A stretch of 64,000 nt of DNA, taken from assembly GCA_977016875.1 (NCBI GenBank), contig CDRNST010000117.1, forward strand, positions 868,001-932,000, written 5' to 3'. The notes under the pieces are model-generated. The model did not search any database and had not been told where the DNA came from. It was given only the letters and a program-made list of their open reading frames with translations. Numbering within the stretch: position 1 is the stretch's first letter; every line of letters begins with the position of its first letter. Made by a program: the position numbers and the translations under genes. The DNA comes from Pavona decussata (taxonomy: Eukaryota). Positions 1 to 12,900 of this stretch are shown here, piece by piece.

Positions 1-60
1 AGCGTTAGGCCTTCCTGATTAGCTCTGATAAGGGGTTAAGGCTCGAAACGCCAGCACTCA
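1..60 (+). mobile_element. Degenerate Penelope-like terminal fragment with a hammerhead-ribozyme-like core
   Basis: ctctgataaggggttaaggctcgaaacgccagc resembles the CUGANGA-stem-GAAA core of minimal hammerheads in Penelope-like termini. It is preceded by a partial inverted copy (agcgttaggccttc). Truncated by the window edge and mutated. Confidence 0.35.
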
Positions 61-428
61 AATCTCCTTACAGTCAAAACCACGCCCTCAGCAACTGACC
101 CCCTTATCTTTGAGAGCTACAGGTTCGCAACATTGAAACGTCTCAATTAGAAGTGCCTAGGTGTGAAAACGGTACTATTCCCTCAGACAGAAACTTGCTT
201 TATAAATATAAAAAAATTAAAACATGCTTACTAAATGAAGTGACTTAAACTGAGTTAAACTGGTTAAGAAATCATGTCAAATGATAACCACTGAAGTTTA
301 AACTTTTTCATTTTAAACCATTTTTTTTTCTTGCTTAATTAATGACCAGTCTTAAAACTTTCATCGAATAGATAACTGAAGTAAAAAAAAAACTCTTTAA
401 ACGTTTTTTGTAAGATTCAGATGTTTTG

Positions 429-609
429 TAGACTACGTGCAGTCCCTAAGCTCTCGTAGGGATAGTGAAGCGAGGGAACCACGCGAGGGCGCGCGACAAA
501 ATTGTTTCCCGCGAGGTGACGCGACGCTCGGGGAGTAATTTTCGCGCGCGCTTGCGTGGTTCCCTAGCTTTGCTATCCCTGAGAAAAATAGGGGATTGCT
601 CGTAGTCGA
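429..609. mobile_element. MITE with TAGACTAC...GTAGTC termini
   Basis: Imperfect terminal inverted repeats tagactacgtgcagtccc / ggggattgctcgtagtcg and a palindromic GC-rich interior. A related element lies at 40411-40597. Confidence 0.7.
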
Positions 610-1615
610 GACACCTGGGGGTAGTTTGAGGTTATGCAGGGATAACGAAATGTTAAGCCACAGAAAGGATGCGGGAAAGGTCTGGCAGATGCTACGTATT
701 GTCACGTGATGCCTGGAATCCCTCCCATCCCACCCTGCAGCTTAACATTGATAGATGCGTTATTCACTTTTCGAGCATCCTTTGTCACAGCATACCCAAT
801 GACTACCCTTATCACAGGCTCCCACTGGGTAACCTGTGGCATTACCTATGAGGCAGCCTCTTTACCGCAAGACAGACTAACTTTGTATCATTTGTTTGTC
901 TCTTCAGAGAATATCTTGGGGATACTGACGTCTAAAAAAGAATGCTTGCCAGCTGCCATTCTTTCACTAAAATAGTGAACACTTACGTCATTCTTATCAT
1001 TCATGGATGGGACCGATTGGATTATTAACCTGTACTTTTATTAGTCCGTTATAAAAGCCGATTACGACTTCGTCCCTAGGACATTTAAATCAAATTAAAT
1101 CGGTCGTTGTTTGTGTTTATCAGGGAATGAAGTTTTACGAAAGGCTGTATTTAAATAAATGATATACTTAATAATCCCTTATTCCAGATCGGTATGAAAA
1201 AAAACCTCTTACGTAGTAACTCGTAGCTTAAAACAGAATATACATAATAAAATATTAAGAACGAATGTAACGCCATACGTTGGCCACCGAGCCACGCAGC
1301 CGCCAAGCCGTTGGAAACGTTGACTGTGAAGCTTAAATTAAGTAAGTAAATATATATTTTGTGTTGCTAAATGCAGAGTTAATGGAATAGAGAATAATAG
1401 TAATATAGAACAGGTGGGGGAAAAGAGTCATTTAAATATACGTGGCTAGTTAGGGTTAAATCCATTCCACTGAAATTGTCATGAGTCTGTTAGCACGCCC
1501 AATGATTGGTGAAACATTTGTTTGTATCAGCAATGTGTGCAGATTAATGACGTTTTCTAGGTACGAAAATGATTGTATAATCTCTTTGTAATAATATGTG
1601 TTAATATTTGTTCAA

Positions 1616-1620
<5 letters not shown>

Positions 1621-1663
<43 letters not shown>
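1621..1663. repeat. (GT)n microsatellite
   Basis: Pure GT dinucleotide run. Confidence 0.98.
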
Positions 1664-1668
<5 letters not shown>

Positions 1669-2704
1669 TACATCGCAAATCAAGAACGCAAGAGAGAGTT
1701 AAAGAAACTGCAACAGAGAACACTTCTTTTGAAAAATGAACCGATACATTCCCGCAGTTTAGCTGGGCCAAAATGAACAAGCCCTCGGTCATCCACATTA
1801 AAGAGTGCCCTCCCACTTCTGTTGCTTTTCTCTCCTACAAGTTTATGTAAATCGGCATACAATTTTTGCACTGATTTTTAACGTTTAAAGGGTTACTAGA
1901 CAGCCTGCGCTCACATTGTAGAGTACTTTGACACTGATCTAGAGTAGTTCCACTACAAGTTAATATACCATTGGAACAACTTACAGTTAAATGAAAAATA
2001 CAGCTATGTTAGATGCCCTTTCATGACTTAAATTTGCAAGGGGTCCCACGATGGCCTTGATGAGCCAATTTTTATTTTTAGGATAACTCTACATGTTCCT
2101 TACCATTGAGCATTTAGGCCCAGAGTATCACAATACATGTTCTGCTCACATTTCGTATGGTACTATTTGGGAGAATTTTCTTGTTAGATCAAGACGTGAT
2201 GTTGTCAGTATGGAGAACCCTTGAAAGGGTTACACATTCATTCCATTTCTCGTTGCGGTCTCCTTAGTTGGCAAATACAGGTTATTAAAGAAAACTGTTG
2301 AGGGTTTTGACTAAAAGTGCATCAACACTAAAAGTGGGTTGGGGCTTTATTTATTTATACCTCTAAGAAGGGGAAGGGTTGCTTTAAAGAATACAAGTTA
2401 ATGAAATAATTGTACCAAACCTGGCAGACAAATGACATGCTAAAGTATGTGAGTTTATTTTATTTTATTATTTTCAACATTCTACAAAAACATAAATCAC
2501 ATCGTTTCAAATCTTCGATAGCTGAGACGATAGTTGTTAAAACTGTGAAAGGGTCCCGAGTTGTTCTTCGTTAAGTCGCAACTTAGAAAAGACGAAAATG
2601 CCATCTTTTGCGCAAACAGCTGATATCTTGCGTTCAGGCTGGTTTCCGTGTCAAAAAGTGAGATGCCGTTCGTGATAATACGGAAAACCGGCTCTATAGC
2701 TGGC

Positions 2705-2931
2705 TAGAGCAGTTTTTGATTGAGTTTCGTAAAACCAAAACCAAAGCAATTACTCTGACCAATCACAATAGAGGCAAACAGCAATGAGCCAATCAGAACT
2801 CGAAGGAAATACTTGTCGGCGGTGCGAAGCGCGGGAAAACGCATTCGAGTTCTGCTAGCCAATCACAGCGAAGTAAAGTAAAACCAAAGCAAACACGAAA
2901 TTGCTATTGATACTCTACTTTAAACCGCTCT
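2705..2931. mobile_element. CCAAT-rich MITE family (TAGAGC..TTTT ... AAACCGCTCT)
   Basis: Inverted termini with multiple ccaatca motifs. Related copies lie at 4579-4961 and 63758-64000. Confidence 0.7.
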
Positions 2932-3947
2932 TCTCCATTGCTAATTCACCGCGTATCTCGTTTCGACATGATCATGGTCGCAACTATCACTTTACAGTGA
3001 TCATGTGGAAACAATTCCTCATGTTAAATGGCGCTGTATGTTTTCTGTGGTGCTCACTTGGATACACGCTGTTTAAAATTGTGCTTATGGAGTAAAATCC
3101 TCAAAGGATCAAAGTGAACAGTCATGTTCACGCTCACCGTTTTAACTATTTAGAAACAGCTTATTGGTTCCATAAAACTAACTACTTGAGAAACATTTGT
3201 ACATGTGAATCAGGAAATAAACATAAGGATGAATTAACTACGTTTTTTGACACGATTAACCATTCGTGAACTTGATTAATCCTTCCAAAAACAGCATCAA
3301 ATTTAGCTTGCACCAATACGATTAACTTTCAGGAACAAACTCGTTCCCAGGGCCTCTCACCTTACTATGCCCTGAAGCCAGAGAAAGTACCAGAGTTTTG
3401 CTTGGTGAACACAGTTTGAAAAATCAAGTCTATGCTATGATTGGCCTTGTGACGCACAATGTTTTAAATTCTGTGACTTTATTATTGATTCTCATCCAGT
3501 AACGTCCCAGTGCCCTCTTTGTGACACCATTTCCTATAACCCAATACAATTTACCTTCCTCAGACGTAATCAACCCCATTGCAGCTGATACAAATAAAAC
3601 CCTTCTTGCAGTATTACTCCACAGTGACACGATTGATCCCAAATAGAAAAAAATGAACAATACTGTGATATCAATAACCGTGTCGTGAAATGACCACCCA
3701 TGATATATACTTAATTGTCCATATCCTCTGATTTAGTTAATTAATTAACCTTCATGTGACTTCTAAGTGACATAATCATGTGCCCCGTGCCATGATTACG
3801 GATCTCGTGACAAACTGATTCCCCGCCTTCCGATGACATTAATCGTTCTATGGCATGGTATCATTCTTGTGACATGATTTGTGTTCCATGCAACGCAACA
3901 ATCTGCCCTCTGAAATGATTAAGAAGCCTGTTGCACGCAGATAAGCA

Positions 3948-6900
3948 TCAACCGTCCTGTGCCATGATATCTTTCTGTGGGTCCTTAACTTTGCTTATCA
4001 CCCGAGTACTACTATCAATTATCACCAAAAACATTAAATACAACTCCATAATGTACAGCAGTGTGGCCACGTATTCATTTCGTTGAGTTTGTAAGTTCCT
4101 GTAGATATTGTACACCGCAACAAATACGCTTTGAACGTTCACGACAACGAAACAGAGTGCGTAAAACACCATGAGCATCGTGCGGCTGTGATACCCGTTT
4201 AGGATGACCATAAACAGAAGCAGGCTCGTTATGCAGAGTACATTGTGAATTGCTTGCGGGAGACAGTGTCCGTTCATCAGTAGCGGCAGCCCCGCTGCAC
4301 ATAGGGATAGCTGTAAGTAAGCATTATTGCTTAGCATCAAGCATTGTTCCACGACGTTTGTGAGGTCACAGCCTGATGGCTTCCACGAGTGGCCGTTTGC
4401 AGTCCCACACAGGAAGATAAAGATACTAGTTCTTGTGAAGATCCATACGCTGTATGAAAACTCCAAGAACGTGGCATGACAGAAGGTGCTGTCATCGTAC
4501 TTTGCACATCGCTGAAACCTTTAAAAAACAGAAATATAAGTTAACGATTCATCTATCTTGAAGGGTTGTGCCTAATAGTAGAGCGTTTTCACGTTGTGTC
4601 GAAAGTAATGTCGGGCTTGTCTTGGTTTCGAATGACTTCAACACTCTTTGACTGGTTTGAAAAACTTGCGCCAATTTCAGAGCCAATTTGAAGCCAAACC
4701 AATTGTAACTTGCCCACCAGTCACGTGTATTCGCTTCGAACTCTGATTGGTTCATTGGACTGTTTACGTTTCGAAGAATACAAACAACCGGTGTAAAACG
4801 CAGGAAAATACGTGCGAGCAACGCACGATTGGTCTTGCCAGTTTTGCTTGTTATTGGTTGAGAAACTGGCACGAGTTTTTTCAACCAATACACCGAGCAC
4901 ATGGCAGCACAATCCAAGCAAACACAAAATTACTTTAGACACTCAACCAAGAACCGCTCTAAACTACTGTCTCAGAAATTGCGTAACGAAACCTCAAGAA
5001 AACGAGTTCATGTGCTTTTACACCGGTTGCTTTTAGCACAATCCAAGCAAACACAAAATTACTTTAGACACTCAACCAAGAACCGCTCTAAACTACTGTC
5101 TCAGACATTGCGTAATGAAACCTCAAGAAAACGAGTTCATGTGCTTTTAGAGTGAATAGAAGAATTGTCTAATAATGAACTCAACCGCAGGATAGTATGT
5201 CATTTCCCGGAAGGAAAATTGGAAAGTCGCTGGTTCTTTACGCTTTACAAAAAATTCCGGAAATTCCGGTTGAAATGTAAATGGCACGCGGGAGAAACGG
5301 AACTTATGACAAGGTAATTCCGTTTTTCCGGTTGGGACGTTCCGAATCGAAAGTCATGTGTCATTTACATGTCCCGCATCCTTCAGAACAGTTTCAGACA
5401 TTTGGCTTTCACATCCGTGCCAAATTGATGATTTGCATGTGACGTCATGGCGGCCATTTTGGTTGACAGAAACAATAAGATTTTCTTCTTCTGGGAGTTA
5501 ACTTCCATTTTTATGCAAACTTTGTGAACAAATTTTCTTTTGTTTTGTCCACCAACATGGTGGCGATGCAAACCACCTATATGAGCCCCAATTGAAATTA
5601 CGGTTTCTTGAGGTAAATGGAAAAAGTAACAACCGAAATTTCCGGATTTTTTTGGTAAATGGTAAACAACCACAAGGCTCTCCATGAAAAAAGGTATCGA
5701 GGGTGTAATTTTGTGATCTATGTTCACCTGATAAGAGATCCGGGATAGAAATGTCCTGTAACCAGTAGGTTTGGGAGAGGCTCCAGACCAGGGACACATA
5801 CAAACACTGCACCAGCTACAAAAAATAACCTGAGGCATCTCCTAAGACAAGAGGAAACAAATAAACTAAAGAATTAAGCCTCATACAATAAAGACAGGTT
5901 GCAATATATAGACTCTTATCACTCGGCGGCCATGTTGAGTCTCAGGAGAAAACAAAGCTTTGTTTTTGCACGGCAAGCTTCGCACTGAATTCGCGTCTGG
6001 CCGAGGCTTGCCGTGCGAAAACAAAGCTTTTTATTCCCTCGAGTCTCAACATGGCCGACGAGTGATAAGGGTCTATAAAACGACAATTATTAATTAAGCT
6101 CTTTTTTAACAAAGGCCTTAACCACTCGTTAACGTTTCTGCTCTTTTTTTTATCGTTCGATCTACTTTTTATCTTTTTATGTGAAAGTGGACACAGATTT
6201 TTAAACGAAACACGTTTTCAACAAGCTTTCTGTCGATTTCTGCTCCCCTCCCCCACCGTAGCTTTACATCCATTCTCGCTGTACACATGTAAATATTGAA
6301 AACGAACGTAAAAGTGCTACTCGCGTCGCTCGTAACGGTCATGTTTGTTACTGAGTCGAAACCGAGGCTCCAGTGGTTTTCGATCATTTAACCTTGACAG
6401 TAAGCCCAAATTCTGTAGAAAACAAACAACCTGTTCTTGCCTTTTACACATACAAGTACAATACACACAAATATCTCTGTCAAAATTAATGTTGTATACC
6501 TTAGAAAGAGTATCATTCTTAACGGAACCAGTCTGTAAAACAAACAGGAAGCCTGAACAAGAAGACTTGTCCCCATTCGTACCAAAAAGCTTGAAAACCG
6601 CCTAAGTAGCAAAAAATAAGGTGAGCGTTAGAAAAGTCAAAATACATCAAAGTACCAGGTGATGTATTTGCGCTTTGATCTTACCACAGGGTTTGGGCCA
6701 AAATCCATAGTCAATAGTATTACGAAAGATTTTTGGACAAAATACAAATATTCTTTTAAAAGCTTCCAATCGAATCAGAGTGTTCGAAAACGTACCCTGA
6801 GACACTTTTAAGCCTCCCAAAGGAACCACGTACAAAGATATAGCCCACAAAAAATTAAGTAAGGCTAAGAGTTAAACAGAAAATTCTTTGTCAGGAAGTT

Positions 6901-9900
6901 ATTTGCACCTAAAAATGACTCCCAAGGAAGGGAGTGTTACGACACGCCAGGATCCCTAGGGACATATACAAAAGAAACATGCCAACTTTCAAATTTGGTC
7001 ATTTTTGGCCAAAAACCATGGACTTACCCCATGGAAAAAAGTTGATTTTTGGACAAAGACAAGTATTCTTCTAAAACCTTCCAATCGAATCAGCGTGTCG
7101 GAAAAGTTCCCCTGAGACACTTTTTAGGCCTCCCAAGAGACAAGGGACAAAGAAATAGCCCAAAAAATGAATTCAGGGTGGGAGTTAACCAGAAAAATCT
7201 TTGTCAGGCCGTTATTTGCACTTAAAAATGATTTCCAAGGGGGTTTTACGACACGACGAGATACCTAGGGACATAAACAAGTGAAAATGATACTTTCAAA
7301 ACTTCGTCATTTCTGGCCAAAAACCATGGAAAAAAGGCAATTTTTGGACCAAATACAAGTATTTTTTTTAAAAGCTTCCAATCAAATCAGCGTGTCTGGA
7401 AACGTCCCCCGAGACACTTTATGAGCCTCCTAACGGACCAGGGGCAAAGAAATAGCTGCAAAAGATGAAGTCAGGGTGAGAGTTAAACAGAAAGGTCTTT
7501 GTCAGGGCGTTATTTGCACTTAAAAATGATTCCCAATGGAGATTTACGACACGCCGCGATCCCTAGGGACATAAACAAGTGAAAAATAATGACTGCAAAA
7601 TTTGGTCATTTCTGGCCAAAAACCATGGACAAGAAAGTCGATTTTTGGACGAAATACAAATATTCTTTTAAAAGCTTCCAATCGAATCAGTGTGTCCCAA
7701 AACGTCCCCTGAGACAACTGTTAGTCCTCCCAAGGGACTAGGGACAAAGAAATAGCCCACAAAAGGTGAAGTCAGGGTGAGAGTCAAACAGAAAATTCTT
7801 TATCAGGGCGTTATTTGCACTTAAATATGATTCCCAATGGAGATTTACGACACGCCGAGATCCCTAGGGACATAGATAAGTGAAAAATGCCGACTTCAAA
7901 ATTTGGTCATTTTTGGCCAAAAACCATGGACTTACCCCTTGGAAAAAAGTCGATTTTTGGACGAAATACAAACATTTTTTTTTAAAAGATTCTAATCGAA
8001 TCAGTGTGTCCCAAAGCGTCCCCTGAGACAATTATTAGGCCTCCCAAGGGACTAGGGACTAAGAAATAGCCCACAAAAGATGACGTCAGGGTGAGAGTCA
8101 AAGAGAAGATTCTTTGCCCGGGCGTTATTTGGACTTACAAATAACTTCCAAGGGCGTTTTTAGACTCGCAGAAATCCTTAGGGACGTAAACAAGTGAAAA
8201 GTGGCGACTTCAATACTTGTCATTTTTGGTTCAAAACCCTGGACCTGCCTTTGGGAAAAAATCAATTGCTGCACTCTCGAAAAATATAATATTCTTTAAA
8301 AAGCTTCCAATCGAATCTGTGTGTTCGTAAACTTCTCTTGAGACACATGATAGGCCTTCAAAGGGAAGTGGGGCAAAGAAATAGCCCAAGAAAGTCTGAA
8401 GTCTGGGTGAGAGCTAATTGTCACCTATACTAATTTTGGACAATTCAAGCCTGGGTTTGATTTGGTAGCCAGGTTTGTTTTGCGGCCTTAGTTTAGCCTT
8501 ATTTTCACCGTTATAGTATAAATGTCACTTTTGGTGGGTTAATTGTCAAGGTGGTTTTGTCGTTGGTTTTGCCTATTTTTTATACTAATACTATACACTC
8601 CATTTTTCTACAACTCTGGAGGGTTTGATGGTCAGGTTGGTTTTTGCTTTGTTTGAGGCTAATATATACCCTAAGACTACACACTCTAATTTTCGACAAT
8701 ACTGGAGGGTTTGGTGGCCTGTTCTGTGTTGGTGTTAGTCTAGTTTAATTTTCACCCTAATACTATATCCTTTAATTTTCGACAGTATACTGGAGGGTTT
8801 TGTGGCCAGGTTGGTTGTGTATAATATTAGAGTAAAACCTTGGCTAAACTAACGCCAAAATCAACCTGGCAAGTAAAAACCCTTCCTCGTTTTCTCGTTC
8901 GACTATTACTGAGTGGAAAAACGTTTGCAGTCAAATGGTAATCATGAACGTATTACCAACCTTAACACCAGAAAGCTCATCTTGATCAAGTCAGATAAAG
9001 TTTGTAGCCACGGTAAAAGTTGAACAAAGATTGTACAGGTCGCATTGGAAGCCGTCAAGATCACTTTGGAGATCACGTGGGGGATTGTAAATCTAAACAA
9101 TGATGGAAAAAACACTTTATAGGCCTCCCAAGGGACCAGGGACAAAGAAATAGCCCACAAAAGATGAAGTCAGGATAAGAGTTAAACAGAAAATTCTTTG
9201 TCAGGGCGTTATTTGCACTTAAAAATGATTCCCAAGGGAATTTTACTACACGCCGAGATCCCTAGGGACATAAACAAGTGAAAAATGCCGACTTCAAAAT
9301 TTGGTCTTTTTTTTCCAAAAACCATGGCAAAAAGTAGATTTTTGGACGAAATACAAATATTCTTTTAAAAGCTTCCAATCGAATCAGTGTGTCCCAAAAC
9401 ATCCCCTGAGACAATTATTAGGCCTCTCAAGGGACTAGGGACAAAGAAATAACCCACAAAAGATGAAGTCAGGGTGAGAATTAAACAGAAAATTCTTTGT
9501 CAGGGCGTTATTTGCTCTGAAAAATGATTCCCAAGGGAGTTTTACGACACGCCGAGATCCCTAGGGACATAAACAAGTAAAAAATGCCGACTTTAAAATT
9601 TTGTTATTTTTGACCAAAAACCATGGACTTACCCCTTGAAAAATAGTCGATTTTTGGACGAAAAAGAAAAATATTCTTTTAAAGCTTCTAATCGAATCAG
9701 TGTGTCCGAAATCGTCCCCCAAGGGACGAGGGTCAAAGAAGTAGCCAACACAACATGAAGTCAAGGTGAGATTTAAACAGAAAATTCTTGGCAAGAGACT
9801 TATTTACACTTAAAAATGATTCCCAAGGGAGTTTTACGACACGCCGAGATCAGTAGGGACATAAACGAGTGAAAAATGCCAACTTTAAAATTTTGTCATT

Positions 9901-12900
9901 TTTGGCCAAAAACCTTGGAAAAAAGTCGATTTTTCGACAAAAAACAAATATTCTTTTAAAAGCGTCCAATCGAATCAGTGTGTCCAAAAATGTCATCTGA
10001 GAAACATTTTAGGCCTCCCAAGGGACTAGGGGCAAAGAAATAGCCCACAAGAAATGAAGTCAGGGTACGGTGAGAGTTAAACAGAAAATTCTTTGTCAGG
10101 GCGTTACTTGCAATTTAAAATGGTTCCCAAAGGAGTTTTACGACACGCCGAGATCCCAAGGGACATAAACAAGTGAAAAATACCAACTTCAAAATTTGTT
10201 AATTTTTGGCCAAAAACCATGGACTTACCACTTGGCAAAAAGTCGGTTTTTTTGCGTTCTTTCCACAGAAAAATGATTCCTAAGGGAGTTTTACGACACG
10301 CCGCGATCCTTAGGGACATAAACAATTGAAAAATGCCGACCTCAAAATTTTGTCATTTTTGGCCAAAAACCATAGACTTACCCTTTGGAAAAATATCGAT
10401 TTTTGGACGAAATACAAATGTGTTTTTTTTTTAAGCTTTCAATCGAATCAGTGTACCCGAAAAACGTCCCGTAAGACACGTTTTAGGCCATACTAATTTT
10501 GGACAATTCATGCCCGGGTTTGATTTGGTAGCCAGGTTTGTTTCGGCCTTAGTTTAGCCTTATTTTCACCGTAATAGTATAAATGTCACTTTTGGAGGGT
10601 TAAGTGTCAGGGTGCTTTTGGCGTGTTTTTTCCCATTTTCACTAAACACTTCATTTTTCGACAATTCAGGAGGGTTTGGTGGTCACGTTGGTTTTGGCTT
10701 TATTTGAGCCTAATTTTCACTCCAAGACTACACACTCTAATTTTCGACAGTAGTGGAGGGTTTGGTGGCCTGTTTGATGTTGGTGTTAGTCTAGCCTAAT
10801 TTCACCCTAATACTATATGCTCTAATTTTCGACAATACTGGAGGGTTTTGTGGCCAGGTTGCTTGTGTATAGTATTAGAGTAAAAACTTGGCTAAACTAA
10901 CGCCAAAACCAAGCTGGCAAGTGAAAACCCTTCCTCGTTTTCTCGTTCGACTATTGTTGAGGGGAAAAACGACTGCAGTCAAATGGTAATCATGAACGTA
11001 TTACCAACCTTAATACCAGAAAGCTCGTCCTGATCAGGTCAGGCAAAGTTTGTAACCACGGTAAAAGTTGAACAAAGATTGTACAGGTCGCATTGGAAGC
11101 CGTCAAGATCACTTTGGAGGTCACGTGCGGGACTGTAAATCTAAATAATGATGGAGAGAATAAGGCAAAACTCTCATAAACAACTCACTACAGGAAAGGT
11201 GTCTGGATCAACCACGAGAACTGGTCACTAAATGAAAGAAGTCTGAAATATAATGGAGACTGTCTCCTGGGCCCAGTTGTTCAAAGTCCGATCGAGCTAA
11301 TCCTGGGTTAACGTGAAGTTTGATTCGAGTTTAATTACTAATCAGTAATTATTTTTCCACCTCGGTTAACTTTTAATCAGCGATTAGCTTTAATCGCGGC
11401 TTTCGAAAAGCTGGGCCCTAAAAATTCATGGTTCAAATTGCAGCAGTAACTGGTTTAGGCCTTTTGTGGCTTGTGTTTGAGTAGCTTTCTCGGCGGGTCA
11501 CACAAAAAAGAACGGAAAAAGCCGTCTGTTATCGCAAACTAGAACAACAACGTTGGATTGTTGAAATTGTCTGCTGAGCTTTAACTTGAAGGATATTATA
11601 ATAGATCATCATTAGAATGTGCATATCTTTTGAGTTTGAAATACAGCAGAAACTTGATTAAAGTTGAATAGAGTCTTATCGGTCCCATTTGGTGGTCACG
11701 TGACAGCTCCTGACGTGCCAGGAGTTTTGTACCTATAAGCGATCGGGAGTGCTCAAAAACTGCGATCCAGCGATCGGTCCCTTTAACAGAAGTAAAAGTT
11801 TCAGAGAATGTCCCAAATTAGAGGTTCCTATGTTAATAATTTTTTTTATGGAATTAACGTCGTTCATGAGAGGTGGTTGACCAAAAGTTTCGACCTTACA
11901 GATTAAGAGGAGATTTAACCCTTTAACCCTTTAACCCTTTAAGCTTTAACGGTGATCAGTATGAAAGTTCTCCTTGTAATATTAATGCTTGTTTTAAGAA
12001 TTGAGGATATGATCACCCTAGGTGAATTTTCTTGATAGTTAATAACTTCTCCTCAGTACTTTTTCAAGAAAAGTATGGGGACAAGGCAGGAGAATTTGTT
12101 CTTTGATATTAGGGGTAAAGGGTTAAGGGCTAAGAGAACCAATAGCACACGATGTGATCACGAAGCGTATACTTTTATTAAAGAGTTGCCGTGATACGTA
12201 TCAGAATCTTTGAGTGGTCGCTTACGAGAGCTTAAAAACAAAAGGAAAAGACCAGTTGGTAATTCCCAAAAGTGGTCGCGGACGCTTATGGGAGCGGTCG
12301 CTTACGAGAGGTTTTGATTACAGAGTTTAGGTGACAATTCAAACGGGGTTTCACAATGGTGGTCGTAACTAGAGCTGGTTGCTTACGAGAGTGGTAGCAA
12401 GGAGAGCTTCGACTGTATCATTATTTTTGAGCTAAAAGTAAGCTTTGCTCAAAGATTTCTTACCTTATATGGTTAACAGCGTAACGCAACATAGAATCCA
12501 GCCAGCCAAACACGACTAACTGCACAAGATAGTGAGGAAAGGTGATGAATATCACGCGATTTACTTCGGTAACGACGAAAGTGTAAACTCTGTAAACTCT
12601 ATGAAACAAACACAGCGACTGCTGTTATACAAGCATTTCACAATCTCCAATTTCTCTATACGTAAGCTAGATAGGAAGCTGAGTTGGGTAGAAGAGTCGT
12701 ACAGTGCTCCCAATTTTCTTCTAATCGTATCATCAAGGTTTCCACACCCAATCTGTCTTGGTATCTAACTCCATATTGCTCATCCATTCATTTATATTTC
12801 TCGTTTTCCTCCTCTTAAAATAAAAACGTTCTCGCCACCCTCTCCCCTTTTTTTCTCCTGGAAACCCCGCTGTCTCGTGCCCTCACTCTTCCTTCCCAAC

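Noticed and set aside
4510-4520. Exon start GTTTCAGCG shared with the NTPDase exon
   Set aside because: The similarity ends after 9 nt and the proteins are unrelated, so it is treated as coincidence.
6640-10489. CRISPR-like repeat-spacer array
   Set aside because: Whole units are homologous with no unique spacers, there are no cas genes, and the context is eukaryotic.
11915-11945. Telomere-like repeat
   Set aside because: The unit is the 8-mer TTAACCCT, a reiterated MITE terminus, not (TAACCC)n.
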